The position numbers and the translations under genes are program-made. Shown here piece by piece: positions 36,910 through 51,200 of a stretch of DNA of 64,000 nucleotides (positions are counted from its first letter, which is position 1; each line of letters opens with the position of its first letter). The stretch is from Psammoneis japonica (lineage: Eukaryota). The stretch is from the NCBI GenBank assembly GCA_008632985.1, contig QPGO01000049.1:62001-126000 (forward strand), read 5' to 3'. The notes under the pieces are model-generated. The model had not been told where the DNA came from, ran no database searches, and saw only the letters and a list, made by a program, of their open reading frames with translations.

Positions 36910-39900
36910 TGCTCCCGTTTTGACTGATTGTCCAACGTGCGACGACTGCTGATGTCGAAAGCATTAACACCAGGCAGTGGCCCTGCTCATTTTCACGAGC
37001 TCCAATTTGCACAGAAGCCACGTGCTGGTTTCTGTGCATTTGTGCAAATTTTGTGCCAGTCGCGTCATTGGTGGGTGTTGTGCGCCGGCCCTGACGAAGT
37101 CTTTCTTGGGCACAAAATGTTTTTCATGTGCAGTGCTTTGGCGCAAATCTGCGCAACATTTTGCACAGGGTGTGCAGAACCACCAGGTGGTTCGTGTGCA
37201 TGAGCAGGGACACAGACAGCATGAGCAGCCATCATTCGAACCCAAACTTGCTCAGTCAGTTTGTGACAGCCCTGTGATTGGCAGCACTCGCAGTCGCAAA
37301 CCAGATGTTTGCATGGTGCAAAAAGATCCACCACCACACCATGTCAGTGTGGCTGAGCTTTTGTTTGGTGGATGTGATGTTGAAGACTTTGCTGCAGATT
37401 TTCTTGATTCAAATTTCTTCTGCTCGTTGTCAGCTCTTGCACCACCCAAATGGCGCACCAAAAATCCAAGAGCTTGCAAGGATGTGCTCAGGTCTCACAC
37501 TTTGGAGGAGATGAGACATTGCATTTCCTGCTTCTGTGATGATGATGTGCCAACCATTGTGCCTGAAATCCATTTTGATGAAGATGACAGAAAAGCAAAA
37601 TGCAGCCCAACCAATCTGACCAAGTTTGAGAACAGCCACTGGTTGTGAAGCACTTTGTGCAGTGCTGCCCAGTGCGCAAGATCACTGGAGCTCCTTTTGG
37701 TGTGTCACAACATTCAGCGAAGAGACATGTTGAAAAATGGGCACCATGGTGGGCCAAACATGGAGAATTTTTTTCACTCTCCCGATGCCCCCAAGGAAGT
37801 GCCAGATGAGTTTGCTGAAACACTGCTTGACTTGGTGGCTTTTCTTGGCAATGGAAAAGATGCTGCTGCAGACACAAAGCACAAAGATGATGATGCATGT
37901 TGCACACAACAAGCCAGCTCCAAAATGCATTGTTTGGCAACTTGGTTTTTGAACTTTGTCATGGTGCATGCACTCTTGTGTGAGCACACTCAGGTGCATG
38001 GGGCTCAACTGGACAAGAGCAAATTGGTGAAATTAGTTGGTGGGTGCAGAGAAGAGAAAATGCCAACACAACAGTGGAAAGATGACCATGCCATGCATGA
38101 CCCATGCTGCAGTGTGCTGAAACATTGGACAGCACTTGAAATTTTGGAAGTCAGGGATTTGCTCAACACTTTGGTTCTGTCAATTGTTGACAAAATGAAG
38201 TGAGATGGCAAGATGGAAAACAGCACAACCAACTGCACTGAGATGGAAGCTGTTGAACCTTCTCAACCATCTGAAAATGGCCTTGTCAACCACATGAGTG
38301 CACACAGCCAAAATGTTGAATGTTCTGATGAATCCAACAGCAACGACTCTTGGAGCACTGGTTGTGAGTCCAACTGGACAGACACAAGCAATGACTGGAG
38401 TGAAAAAGGCATTGAGACAATGTCCTCTGCAGAATCCAGCACCAACCGTGATGGTGAGAAGGTTTCAAAGTGTGAGCACATTTTTGTGAAGTGCAATGAA
38501 TGGCTCAATGAAAGAATTGGGGTTGTTGAAAAAGGAGAAAAGCTCAAAGATGCCACAGTTGATGAGGTTGCATCACTTGTCCATGAAGACCAAGCCTTGT
38601 TGAAGGCTTCAAATGAAAAGGTGGCACTGGCTTGCTCACTGCAAAATGATCTAGAGTCATTTGTTCAGAAACAGGGGCCATTTGAGAAACTCCACAGGCT
38701 GCACAACTCAAAGGCCATCTGGCAAAACATGGTGAGTGCCTGCTTTGAAATGACAAAAGATTGTTGCTGGGAACTTTTTTGCTGGATGAGAAGCAAACTG
38801 ACTCAACCAAACTGCAAAATGCATGACACAGAGTTGCATCCAGAAGTTCACTTGTGCCTGCACAAAACCCTGCCAAACAAAGAAGAGCTCAGTGACAAAG
38901 GTTTTGAGAAGACAGAGCACCATTTCTTTCCACATTTCAATTGAGTGCATGCACCTTGAGTCTTGCAACCATGAGCTGTCAAACAATGTGATGAGCTTGA
39001 ACTTGAAGACAGGAAGGACATTTACAGGGTGCAGCATTGAATGGAAGCATCTTTTTTTTCTTGGCTTGTTGCTGTGAATGGTCTCCACAGCAATGTCCCA
39101 TGCAAGAATCTTTGCATTGTTCCATGCATGTTGGAATGGGGGAATGTGGAAATGAACCTTGGCATTCAACTCCAATGGCCAGGGGCTGACAGTGGTCTTC
39201 CTGTTGTCTCTTGGGATTGAGAATTGAGCAACGGCTAAAAATTGGCATTTGTGTTTGCTTGTGACAAGTTGATCTGCATTGGGTCTTTCCTGTTGTTGCC
39301 ACTGCTGCACTTTGCCTTCTCTTGCACAGTCACAAGTTCAGTCAAAAATGGCACATTGTTGGTTGGAGACAGGGGCACTGTTCTTTCAAATGCATCTTGG
39401 TGAGCACAATGCTGCATTTGGCAGAAAATGAAAAGCGCTGTGAGAGTGTGCAAACACACACCTCATCCATTGCAGCATCTGCAGCATGAAATGGGGTGTG
39501 ACAGAAGTTGTTTGGTGTTGGCATCAAACCCCAAGTAAAGCATGCAGCCTTCCTGTGTCTTTGTTTGCTCCGCCAATTGCAGATTTGATGACACCACTTT
39601 TGTCTTCATGGATGGAATGCAACAGACTTTGAACAGCCAAACCAAATCATCTTCACCAAGTGTCTTGCAGATGCAAAGCTCTCTCACATCAACAAGAACA
39701 TGCCACATTGTGACCACAAAAGAAACCTCAACCCAGATTGTGCTCACTGCCTTTTTGGCAGAAATTTTCAAACAAGCTTGGTGGCACTGAATCAAGCTCT
39801 GAGACACAATCATGACAACAACCATGATCCCAACCCACAGCACTGCAGGTCAACACCACAACCTCATGAACCATCCACACCCCAATTTGCAGTGGGACTC

Positions 39901-42900
39901 TCCAGCTCTGGGACTCTTTTGTTGATCAATGTGAGTCTTCTCACAGCCAACTCCAATTCTGACCAGTCACCAGCAACAGGGCATTCAAGTCAAGTGGTTG
40001 CCCAACACTGCAACATGTCAATTTGCACACATGGAATGGGCATGGCTTCAAAGCCAAACTGAGCATGCAAAGGTGGGCATGGCTCCTTCCCAACAAATTG
40101 CTCATTCTTGAATGCATTGTGTGAAGGAGCCAAAAATTTCTTGCTCAATGGCTTGCCATTAAAAAAGGTCAGCTCTTTAAACTGCCGTGCCATCTGGCAA
40201 CAGCATTGGGGAGCAACTCAGTGGGGTTGAAGCCAATGATGCCTCCTCAAGACAAACCAGGATTGTCTCCTGCATTTCCTTCAAATGAATTCAGTGGAAC
40301 CAGATTGTTGCTGATGTCAAGGACTGGGCAGCGCATGAACAGCACTGCAGTCTTGTCAAAATTCTCCATGTGGCCCGCTGGGATCACAGCCCATTGAAAT
40401 GATCTCCAGACCAGTCTGTGCCAGCAGCAACCCTCAGAAGGATGCAGTCTGCTGAGCCAAGAAGATTTGCTGTTGCCATCCAGTGTTTGAAGAAGTCACA
40501 AGCACCAATGGGTCAATTGGTGGGCAACAGGTCCCTTTCGCACACTTTCCATGCAACACACTGTGCATCAACTTTAAAACAAACAACCTCAGCCCCTGGA
40601 ATGATGGCCTCACCACCCTCACATCACAACACCATCAATCAACCGTCTGCCTCTAATTTGACAAGTTGGTGCTTGGCCTTGTGCTGAGCACATTCACGCT
40701 GCACTCCGCTGCCAACCATCTGTTCTTTGACCACACAAGCAATGACATCTGGCAAAGGATTGCACAGATCTCTTGCTTTTTGCAATGTTTGGTGTTGGTC
40801 AACCTCAGCAATGATGTTGCCGGCTTTGCCTTTCTGATGGTGCTTGTCCATCCATGATCTTGTTGTTTTGTGCAGCCCTCCCCACACTCTTTCTTGGATG
40901 CCCTGCCCTGTCAAAAACACACACAGGAGACACCCAGCTGAGACAAGCTTGTTGTGCATGGACTCAATCACTGTCAACGAACTCTCTTTTTCCACTGGCC
41001 TCACAGCAAATGATTCAGACTGCACTTTGTTGACATTGCCAAGGGCTTTGACCCACAGGTCACCAGCTCCCATTGTTGATGTGTCAAGGTGTCATGGAGC
41101 AGTGATGTGCTGAAGCGCAGCATGGAGGCACACAAAAACAAGTTTTGGTTGTGGATGTCCCTCAAAAATTTTTGGTGCACAACATTTGCACCTGTGCTGC
41201 TGCTCACTGCTTGTGCCAACATGACAAAACAACATGACAGGTGCAAGCTGGTCACCATGACCGACAAATGCCACTTGCAGCAAGGTTGGTTCTTGGGCAG
41301 GGGGAGACACTTGACAAGGGAGCCACAACAACTTGTGGGGAAGGGTTGGGCTGCTGTGACCACTTGAGGGCAATGGTTTGATCAAATGGATCATGATGTT
41401 CAAGTGTTTGTTTTGACAGTTTTGTTTGGTGCTCAGTTTCCAATCATGGAGCATGTCACTCACAAGAAGAAAAAAGACATTTTGGCAAACAAATGTTTCT
41501 TGGTGCTGTTTGCAATTGTCTCTGTCATGCATGTGCCTTGAAAGTCCAGACAGAAGCAGGGGCGAGCATTGCGGATGTCCCCACATTGGAGTCAGTGCTT
41601 TGTTTTGACCATTCTGTTCACAGCTCACACATCCAGTCCTGCAATCACACCATGTGCCTTGCCACAGACAAGAGTGAAAAATCATTTTGTCAAACAAATG
41701 TTGCACAACATTTGTGCATCTCAGTCTTGTTGGAGCCTTCAAAGCTCTTCTGTGTGCAGCGAGAGCTTGGCACAAATGGAGAAAAACAAAGAACAGATGG
41801 CTCACACTGAACTTTGATGCCATCAAATGACAATGATCTTAAAAACAACAAAACAGCCACATCTCCCACTGGCCTGTGTGTGGGCAACACTGTTTTTCCC
41901 TTTGGGGGCTTCAAAATGGAGTCTCAACCAATCTCCATGCCAGCATCAAGATGCCAAAAACACCTTGGCAAGTCATGTGATCTTCTCCAGGATGCATCTC
42001 CCAGAACACTGACTGTGTTGATCAAATCCTCATGGTGCGTTGAACAGCCACTGTTGTTGTCAAATCCTTGGGGTTGCTGCCCAACTTTGTCAGGTCAGTT
42101 GCTTCAATCACAGCCAGCGCTGCTGCTCATGGTGCCTTCTCAGCAGAGGGTGAAATGAACAAAAGACCAGTCACAACTCCAGTGCACTTGTTCTGCAATG
42201 AATGCAAGAGACAGTGCTTTGCACAAAACCCCAGCTCTGGCAGACAATGCCAAAGATTTCCATGCAGCCAACAGCTTCAACACTTCTCATCAAGAGTGTG
42301 GTGATTGTTGCCTCACAACAAAGCAGACCTTGGTGGCACTCTTCATGTGGCTCACTCCATGGATTGCCTTGCATCTGCTCACACAAGTGAGGATGAATTG
42401 GACACCCATGGCAAAGTGGCTTTGAAAGGTGCAGCACCAGGTGTCATGGTGGAATCAAGCATGCCAGAGGAGGCAAATGCAAAAACAGAAGGATGTGTCA
42501 TGGAGAGCAAGGTGCACACCAGCGGCCCAAATCTCATTGTGTGGCCCATCCACAATGTTTTTGACATCTCAACGACATGCACAAGGAGTGGGCACCCTGT
42601 TGCAAAAAAGGGACATGAGCTTGATGTTGCAAAGGGGAACATGTGGTCCATTTTGCAGGGGCAACTTGTCCAGCTGGACGTGGTGGTGAGATTCAGAACA
42701 AAATGATTGGAATTAAAGTGAAGCATTTGTTGAGAAGGCAAAAGCAGTGCCCAAAGGGAGCTCCAAATGGCAGTGCAAATGCAGCAATGAACTGAGCAAA
42801 ATCAGGAAAGACATTGCCAGTGACCAAAAATTGGCGGAACCCATGGTGCTCCCCTGGAATGGTGCAGATGTGAAAACATGCATGTTGTGGAGTGTGGCAA

Positions 42901-45900
42901 GAATCTGCAAGGGATGCACTGTGTGACCATGAAGACATCCAAAGCCAAAGATGCCCAAAGTCATTCAAAAATTTGTGTGGATGTCCTTGGCACACATGGC
43001 CAGATGAAAAAAGAGACCACAAAGGGGGTTGCTTTGCTGTGTGCAGCAACAACCATTCATGGCATTGGAGACTGAGGAGCAGTCATCTTAACTTTCCTTG
43101 CAACATCTGATTGATGCTCACAACTGTTTTTTGCTGCAATGGCTGTGACTGATTGTCCATTTTTACAAGAGGAAGAACATTTCACATAAATTGGTTGGCA
43201 AGCTGGTCATCAAATGACCTTTTCAAAGAGTCTCTTGTCCTGGCAAGTCATGACCAGAGTTCTGCTTGCATTGGGAATGACCTTCAGTGCAGAGTGTTGA
43301 GCAGTTGAAGGGCACACCACTGTCCAATCCACTGCAATCTCATGTGACAAAAATGAAAACAATGTTTTCATGTCTCAATGTCTCAAATTGCTGTGCTGAT
43401 CTTTCATGATGTTTTCTCATTTGCTGGATGGCACTGAGGCCTTTCAAATTACCCAATTGCTCCACTGACATCAAGCCATGATGATGCCATTTTCATGCTG
43501 TTGTTTTGTGCACTCTAGTCTCCCACACAGGTTGACAAGTCAGACAGCCTTTTTTGCCCTTGCTTGCTGACTCTCGTGTGTCTCTGATGGAGCATCGGGC
43601 CTGCCTCAAGCTGGCTTTTGGGCACAATGTTTCATTGAACTCTCTGTCCAACACCTGCTTCCACCACTCATCCAGAGAGGCTGACACTGGCGCACACTCT
43701 GGTTCTTCAGTGGGCTGCAGTCTCTGGCTGGAAGAATGTTTCTTGGCTTTTTTCAGCTTGAAACCACAGCTCAGCTTCTGTCACAACCCTCGCCAACATG
43801 CTTTCTGGATTGTGCTTGCACAACATGCCAACCCCCTCAAAGCAGCTGCCATTTTTCTGCTCTCTTTTGTCCACCTTCAGTTGAACCAATGTGCCAGGTG
43901 AGATGGCCACACTTTTGTTGAACCTTGCTTTCATTTTTGGCGCCCCACTCTTGCCTCAGCCCCTGGCTTCTTTGTCACATCAAGCCTTCTTGTGTCTTCA
44001 GCTTTGATCTTCTGGGTTGTCAAGTGCATTGGAGGTTAGTGTGCCTCCATCAAGCTTCCAAATCTTGCAAGGGGGTGTGCCATTTGGAGCTGGCATGGGC
44101 CCCACATCCTTCATTTTTGTGATGGCTTGACATTTGCCAGCATTTCAACTTGGTCCAGCAACACAGCAAGCACTGTCTGCTCCAAACTTCTCTGCCATTC
44201 TGTCAACAAGTTGATCACATGCTGTCCTTTTTCTTTAGACTTGACACCCACATGCGTCTGCTGCAATTTGGCATCAGTGGATTTTGTGCCACTTGCACAA
44301 CTCCATGAAAATTGCTGGGCCCCTTTGTTCTCTTCTTGCTCCAAAGCTGCCATCAGGTCAAAACCTGGCATGTTCTCCCACTCCTCCAGCATTTCATCTT
44401 CCTCCTTCTCACTTGTGAAGCTGAGCCAGTCACCAGAGGATGTGAACACTGTGTTCCTCTGGAACCCCACCACAGCTCCTCTCCTCTGTTTTCCAGCCAT
44501 CGTTCCACACTTGAGCCTGATTTTGGATCCGATCCTGAGAAAATGCCCTTCAAGATTGTCCAAGGCATTGCAGAAGGGGGGCTGAGACAACTCACCATCT
44601 GTCTCTCTTGTTCTTCATTGATGACACTTTTCACATCATTGGGAATTTGTGCACATGATTTGTCTTCCATGTCAACAGCTGTCCTGCAAACTCTCCAGCA
44701 GAAGTGCAAGTCATTGCTTGGATTTTCAGCAACTCCCTGTGCTTTGTCATCACAGCCACTTGGCAACCATCTGGAGACATGACTTCAAGGACCATGGGCA
44801 AGCTTTCGGGTGAAAAAGGAAACTCCAAATTGAGGCACAAGCACAAGGTCCACAGCTGTTGTGCCATCATGCTGCTTTCACAGCAGCCTGCAACCCCAAC
44901 TCACTTTCCATGCTTTGCTGGAACCAAGCTGGTGGCAACATTTTGCTGGGGGGAGGCTTTTCTTGTGCCAAAACACATCTTGTTTGAGCACTGGGGCTTG
45001 CCAAGCCACACCATTTGAGAACAAACATTGCTTGGTCATTCAAAGTGCCCAGCTTGCAGTCAAAACCATCAAAAACTTCTCTGCAGCCTTTTTGGAGAGT
45101 GAAAACTTCAGAACCACATGAAGTCCAGACGGGCCTGCAACAAAAAGCAGCATTTTGACAGATGCTGGCAGATCCCATGGGTTTGTCCTCAATTCCTCCT
45201 CAAGATGAAAGAGTGGTGCTGTGGACCCAAACTGAGCATGAGAAAGTCTTGCATGGTCTGAGTGACCCTCACAAGCAATTGACCAGCAGAACAAGGACAC
45301 AAGCTTTGTGTCAAACCATCATTCTGTGGTTTTGTGGATGTGGGTCAAGCCATCATTGCAGCAGCTGATTGCAAACAGATGGCTGGAGATGCAGCACTTG
45401 CTGCACAGCAGCGCTGGATGAACACACTTGTGCCTTGTTCTGTCATGCATGATTGACTCATGGTGAGCTGTTTTGGACATGTCCCTGCCACGTTGGAGCA
45501 GAGACAGGGACCACAACTTGTTGGGGTCTGATGCACGCTGCTTCTTTGTTGCAAGGGGGTTTGTCTCCAGATCTGTCCCCTGCTTTGATGTCCCTGGCTC
45601 CTGCTCCTGCTCTGCCACTGCCTTTGTTGTCTGCACCCCTGGCTTTGTCAGCTTCATCTTTGTGGGCTCCACCTTGGCCCTTGCTTGGCTTTGGCTCCAG
45701 CTTTGTTTGCTTCAGCTTGGTGGGCTCTGCCTTGCTTGGCTTTGGCTCCAGATCAGTTTGTCTCAGCTGTGCTTGAGTTGTGGGTCTGGCTCCACTGGCT
45801 TGGGCTGTTTTGATTGGGTGGTTGGAGCATTCAACAGACCCCTGGTGCAGCGGCATTCTGGGCCCACCCTGGACAGTGTTGCTGCAGCATGGATTGAGCT

Positions 45901-47880
45901 CTTAGATGGCCTCAATCACTTCCTCTGCTGCTGTGAACTCCTTCCCATTGTCTGTGTGGCCAACAAGGGGGCAGCTGATCACAGAGCAAAAGTGGCAGAA
46001 CTCCTTTGCTTCATTTGTGGGAATGGCCACCATCCAGATCAACCCTGTGCAGTGATCTTTCAAACCACAAGCCACTTCATCAGCAGGGAGTTTGGGTCTT
46101 CTGGGTGGAGGTTTCAAGGGTCTTCTCCCACTCAGATCACTGCAGAAGCTTGGAGGCTTTTGTGGAAGCACAGTGCCATCAAAGTCTTTGTTCTCGTCAT
46201 TGAACACAGCCTTGTTGAAGGCTTCTCTGTGTTTGGTCTCCATGAAGATGCTCCTGACCTTCTCAGGAGAAGTTGTGGCAGTGGCGTTAAAGTGGGAGGG
46301 GTGGACGGCAACTGACATGGTGGCAAACGCAGCACAAAGAGACTCTTTCTGACTGAGAAACTCAACAGAACCACAACAAGACAGTTGCTGCAATGAAGCA
46401 AGCAACAGAGGCAGAGAGGGCAAGCTGGGGGAACCATTGAAAATCCATGATTTGCACAAGTCAGAACCCAGGCACTGGGTCTGATTGTCTGAAATCCATG
46501 TTCAAAAGATTCCATGCCACAGCTCCATGGAATCTTTTTTTGTGGAATCTTGGGTTCTAAAGAATTGTTGCAACATGCCCTTCTTGACAAACCATCTGCC
46601 ACACATTGCAAGACAATGCAAAAAAATCACAGGTTCTTGTCATGCAGCCTTTTTTTGTTTGTTTGCACTCAAAAGAGCACAGTGAAGAAATGACACACAT
46701 CATTTGTTCAACAGGTGGTGCTGATGGTTGGCTGCATCTTGATCCTTGACTCCACAGTGCTGAAGCAAATCAATGGAGTTGTCAGAAAACAAAATTTGGA
46801 AACATTTGCTTGTTGTGACAACCAAGAAAGAAAAACAGATGAGAGCACACAAATCGAAAAATTTGGCTCTTCTTTCTGACTCTTGGCACTCGGCTTAAGA
46901 GCACGACTGCACACCATGGTGCAGCAGGCTTCATCTGGGGGTGAGAAGATTTTGCAATGCTGTTCCTTCTTTTGTGGAGAACAGAATTCTGGTTTCTTAG
47001 AAATTTTTTTCTTCCCTCATCTTCATGTCCCCATTTTCTTCCATGACACTCTCTCATTCTGCCTTGGTTCAAACATTTTGCCAACATGCACATCATTGCA
47101 CATTGATTTGCATTGTCAAATCCAATGTGGTTGTTTGTTGTGAATGTGAAGAAAATGGAACCATGAGCAATTTTGTGCACCCAATGTTTGCAATGGTGTG
47201 ACAAACAACAGTCAGAGTCAATCCCCAAAAATTGTGGGTGCAGATTTTTTGCCAAACCTCAAAACAATGCGCAGCTGCGTCTTTTTGAAAATTTTTGTTT
47301 TTTTTTCCCAGACACACAACCTGACAATGAGACAACAGTGCTTCATCTAAACTGCTGCTGTGAATGATGCATGCCATTGCAAGTTTGCAACTGCTGTCGT
47401 CTGGACTTGTGGGGTCCTTTGTTTGCAAAAAGTGGTTCCGCACTCACAGAGAAATGCGTGGATTTGTCCAAATTCATTGGCTTGAAAACAGTGGTGCACA
47501 AACAAATTGATTGTCACCATTGTCAATGAGCACCACTTCACTCATCATTTGCATTGAATCTGTTGTTTGTTTGTGCAGAGAGTTGGGCATCACATGTTGG
47601 TTTGTCAGGATGTCAATTTTGTGGAGGCCAAATTGCATTGTCGGCAACTGTGAGTTGATGATGATTTTGTCAACAACAATGAGAAAGGCAATGAAACTTG
47701 TTGATTTGGGAGGCATTTGTTGTCACAATGATGTCAAGAAACAAGAAGCACTCTCATCATGAGGAGATGGATGGTTGGGGGGATGATGCATGTCTGCATG
47801 CCAAAGGTGCAAGCTCAACAGGGAACACTTTCAAGAAACGAATGAACTGCATGTCAACCATCCAAGTCGGGCCCTCTTTC
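36910..47880. mobile_element. Large degenerate TpA/CpG-depleted TE-derived block, mostly unclassified
   Basis: About 25 TA dinucleotides in 11 kb by eye; decayed Cys/His-rich ORFs on both strands; contains an integrase remnant. Confidence 0.6.
45830..46460 (-). pseudogene. rve/DDE integrase remnant of Ginger/KRBA2-like type
   Basis: LKDHCTG...GHTDNGKEF...(stop)...GGPRMPLHQGSVECSN matches the D, DNGxEF and GRPxxPxxQGSVE catalytic pattern. Confidence 0.65.
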
Positions 47881-47881
47881 T

Positions 47882-48279
47882 TGATGAAATGGCAGTTGGA
47901 AAAGCAAATGCAACCCAGCGACATTGTGTCATTGGGTGCAATGAACACACTTGTCAAAAGACACCCCAGCAAATGATGCAGTTGCTGGCCACACTTCACT
48001 GAAATGTGAACATTGCATCTGCACAAGTGTGGTCTCACACACACAAGCAAGGCGGGTGCATTCTCCTTTCATTCCACCTTGCTCTCAGCAACATTTCTTG
48101 CTCATTCCAACACATGTTGTTTCCAGTTTCCTTGGTGGATGTCACTTGCAAATCTCCTCCCCAACCACACACTTGTGGCAACAGATTTAGCAGGGATCAT
48201 CTTCAACTGTCAAGACAAACATGGATCATTGGACATTGCTGCAGATTTAGCTGATTGGAGTGCTCAAATTCCTCCAATG
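47882..48279 (-). repeat. 3' LTR of the older element
   Basis: Aligns, with indels, to 52552-52675 joined to 59789-60078. Confidence 0.7.
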
Positions 48280-51200
48280 CTCCCCTTGCTCCAAGGGAGG
48301 GGAATGTGCAGTTGTGGCACAGTGTGCATGTCCCATGGCAATGTGTTTGACCCTTCCTCAGTCACCAAGAGATGACACAAGATGCCAAGATCCTCCCAAC
48401 TTGGAACACATTTGCTTCAAGCTTGGGATTCTTGGTGAAAGCACTGACAATTCTTTCTTCAATGGCAAGGGCAGGTGTGGCAGAAGACTCATTGTCACTG
48501 GAGTTGCAGGATGCATGGTCAACACTGTCAGGGTCCATGGTTGATTTGGGGCTCTTGCATGGAAAATCAAGTTGGACAATGACATTCTTGGGTGCAAAAT
48601 GCGTGATGACACCTCCACCTTTTCCCTCATGAGTGCCTTTGATGAATGGCACATGCTTGCCAATCATCTTGAAGCTGTGATGCCTGTGTCCAAACAAAGG
48701 CAATTGGCAGATGAGCATGTTGTTGGGTGCAATGAAAAGCATTGATTGGGAACTTTTGTGAGAAGTGAGCAAAGTGCACTCAGAGCTGGATGCACAGTGC
48801 TGTCACATGGGATCATGCACATGAATGGAATGGTCAGCTTTTGCCAAACAAATGACAACCAACTGTCAAGGTTTGCTGACATGCATGCATGGATGCAACA
48901 CATGCAGCCTGCTGCAAGTGCCCACAATTTCAAAATTTCAAATGAATGCCAATGGACAGCAGAGCCCCTTGCTGGCAAGGACAACCATGACCATGCTGTT
49001 TTGTGTGGGTGAGTGGCGTGCCTTGCAAGGGTTGACAAAACAACTCATTGGGAATGCCATTGAGGAAGGCTGCATCAGCCAAGGGCTTCATTAAAATGTC
49101 ACTCATGTTGTTGCCAGCTGGAACATGGAAGAATTGAATGATCTCAGCTCTGTGCACACTTCTTGGATCATTGTCAGCATCATGGATGATGAGATCAGGC
49201 ATGGAACTGCCATCATCATGGTTGGTGCAGTTGACAGGAAATGTGACTGCATCTTTGTTGGTGCTGCAATCTGGTGCACAATCCCCCATGTGGCATGGTT
49301 GATGGAAACCCTTGATGCAACTGGCCCTGGATCAGGGTCTTGTGCATTGCTTGGCAAAAGTGTTCCACTGGGTTCCACACACCAGGCATGGTCATGTTGA
49401 TCAGGCTGAGGTCTCAAAAAGTTGCTTGTCTGTGGGTGACTGGTTTGTGACAGTCATGAGTGTTCCAAGTGTTCCATGTGTCAAGAAAGGGACCACAACT
49501 CCATTTGGTGTCATGAGCCATTGTGTTCGGCAGTGACCTCTCCTGTGCTGAGGTGGTGGTGGGCAACAGAGTCAACAATGCAACCTGCCTCTCACAACAC
49601 TGGCATTCCAACAATGAGACAAAAAGAAAGCTGCAGGGTTGGCTGTGCCTTTGTGCATTGACAGAGTCATGACTGAACCAACCACCAGGCAAGTCCACCA
49701 CAGTTGCACCACTGGTGATGTCCAGACCATCCATTCTTGTGCATGATTCATCAAAACCAATGAGGTTTGGATTGCATCTCATGTTGTCATGTGGGTGCCA
49801 ACCTGGGCCAAAGATGCCTGCATCAGCCCCACCATCTGAAATGAGCAGGGGTTGGTTGTCACGGGCACATCCCAACAGGGCTCAAGCTTCAAGGTGTGGC
49901 ATGCTGCCAATGATCAAACAAGTCATGTTGACAGATCAGAAGAGTCCCATGAGGTCTTGAGATGCCTCAAGGAGAGACCACGCCATTCCATCATGACTGC
50001 TGTCATCTGCACCAGTTGCAGATGCTGAGTGTCAATGGAAGAATCATCTGAAGGTTTGTTGTGTTCTGCAGTCTGGTTGGGCACAAACGCACATCTTTTG
50101 AGCTTGATCAATGGGACACTGCTTTGGTGAGGTGTGCTTGTTGTCCACACAGTTGTTTCTTTGTTCTTGCCAGCAACAAAATGGTCCACCAATTTGTCAC
50201 ATCATTGGAAGAGGAGGCTTTGTCTCTGTCAGGAACCAATTGCAGAGTTGCAGGTGGGACTTCACAACTGTCTGGGATGTCCATGCCTCTGCAAGTGTGA
50301 TGAGCAGCATTGACATGTGCACATCAACAATGGACTGAATGAAGCTGTCAACATCACCTTCCAAGCATGACAGTGCTTGTGCAGCCTTCTTGGCATGGCA
50401 GCTGCTTTGTTTTCTGTGTGGTCTTTGTTGCACAGGTGTGCCCATTTCCAAAGTTGGGTTGAGGTCCACTTGCAGGATGGGGAGTCATGCACACTGGGCA
50501 ATGGTGTCACATGTCAAGCAAGAGCACAGGTTGGCAAGCAGCCTTGACTTGCATGCTCCATCTGTCCACTGACATGCAGTGTGCACTGGTGTGTCCATGT
50601 GAACAGCACCCTTGATGTTGATTTGGTTGATCTTGGTGAAGGCAGTCTGGCATTGACAAATGCTGTGATGCCTCCAGTGCAGTGTTGATGGGAGCATCAC
50701 ACATTGATGGCATCCACCCAACTGAACTCAGCAAGTCAGAAGCACCTTCTCCTTTGTGATGCTCCAAAAACCACACCATGCCCTGAACCCATCCTTGTTT
50801 TTCTTGTGTGGTGTGTCTCAGGAATTGCTTGCCAACTCCTTTGTGGCATGCAGCAAACAATGCACTGTGCACACACTTGTGGTCCACATGGAGTTGAGCA
50901 AGGGGGCAACAATGATGGGTTGCAACTTGGGCATCATCTCCCCAAGACACAGTCACCATGTTCCTCACAGGCTTGTGGGGTGTCTGGATCCATTCACAAC
51001 CCACCTGTTGCATGATCCAATGTCCTCCTTTGAAGAGGGATTTGAAATTGGGGAAGGTTGCGTGATCCCCATCCCCCATGCAATCTTGATGAAAATGGGG
51101 TGTCACTTGTGCACATCATGGCAACATTCCTTGGATTGGCACATGCATGGGTTCCACAGGTGATGACAATGACCCATGTCAATGCATGAGAGGGCTGCAC

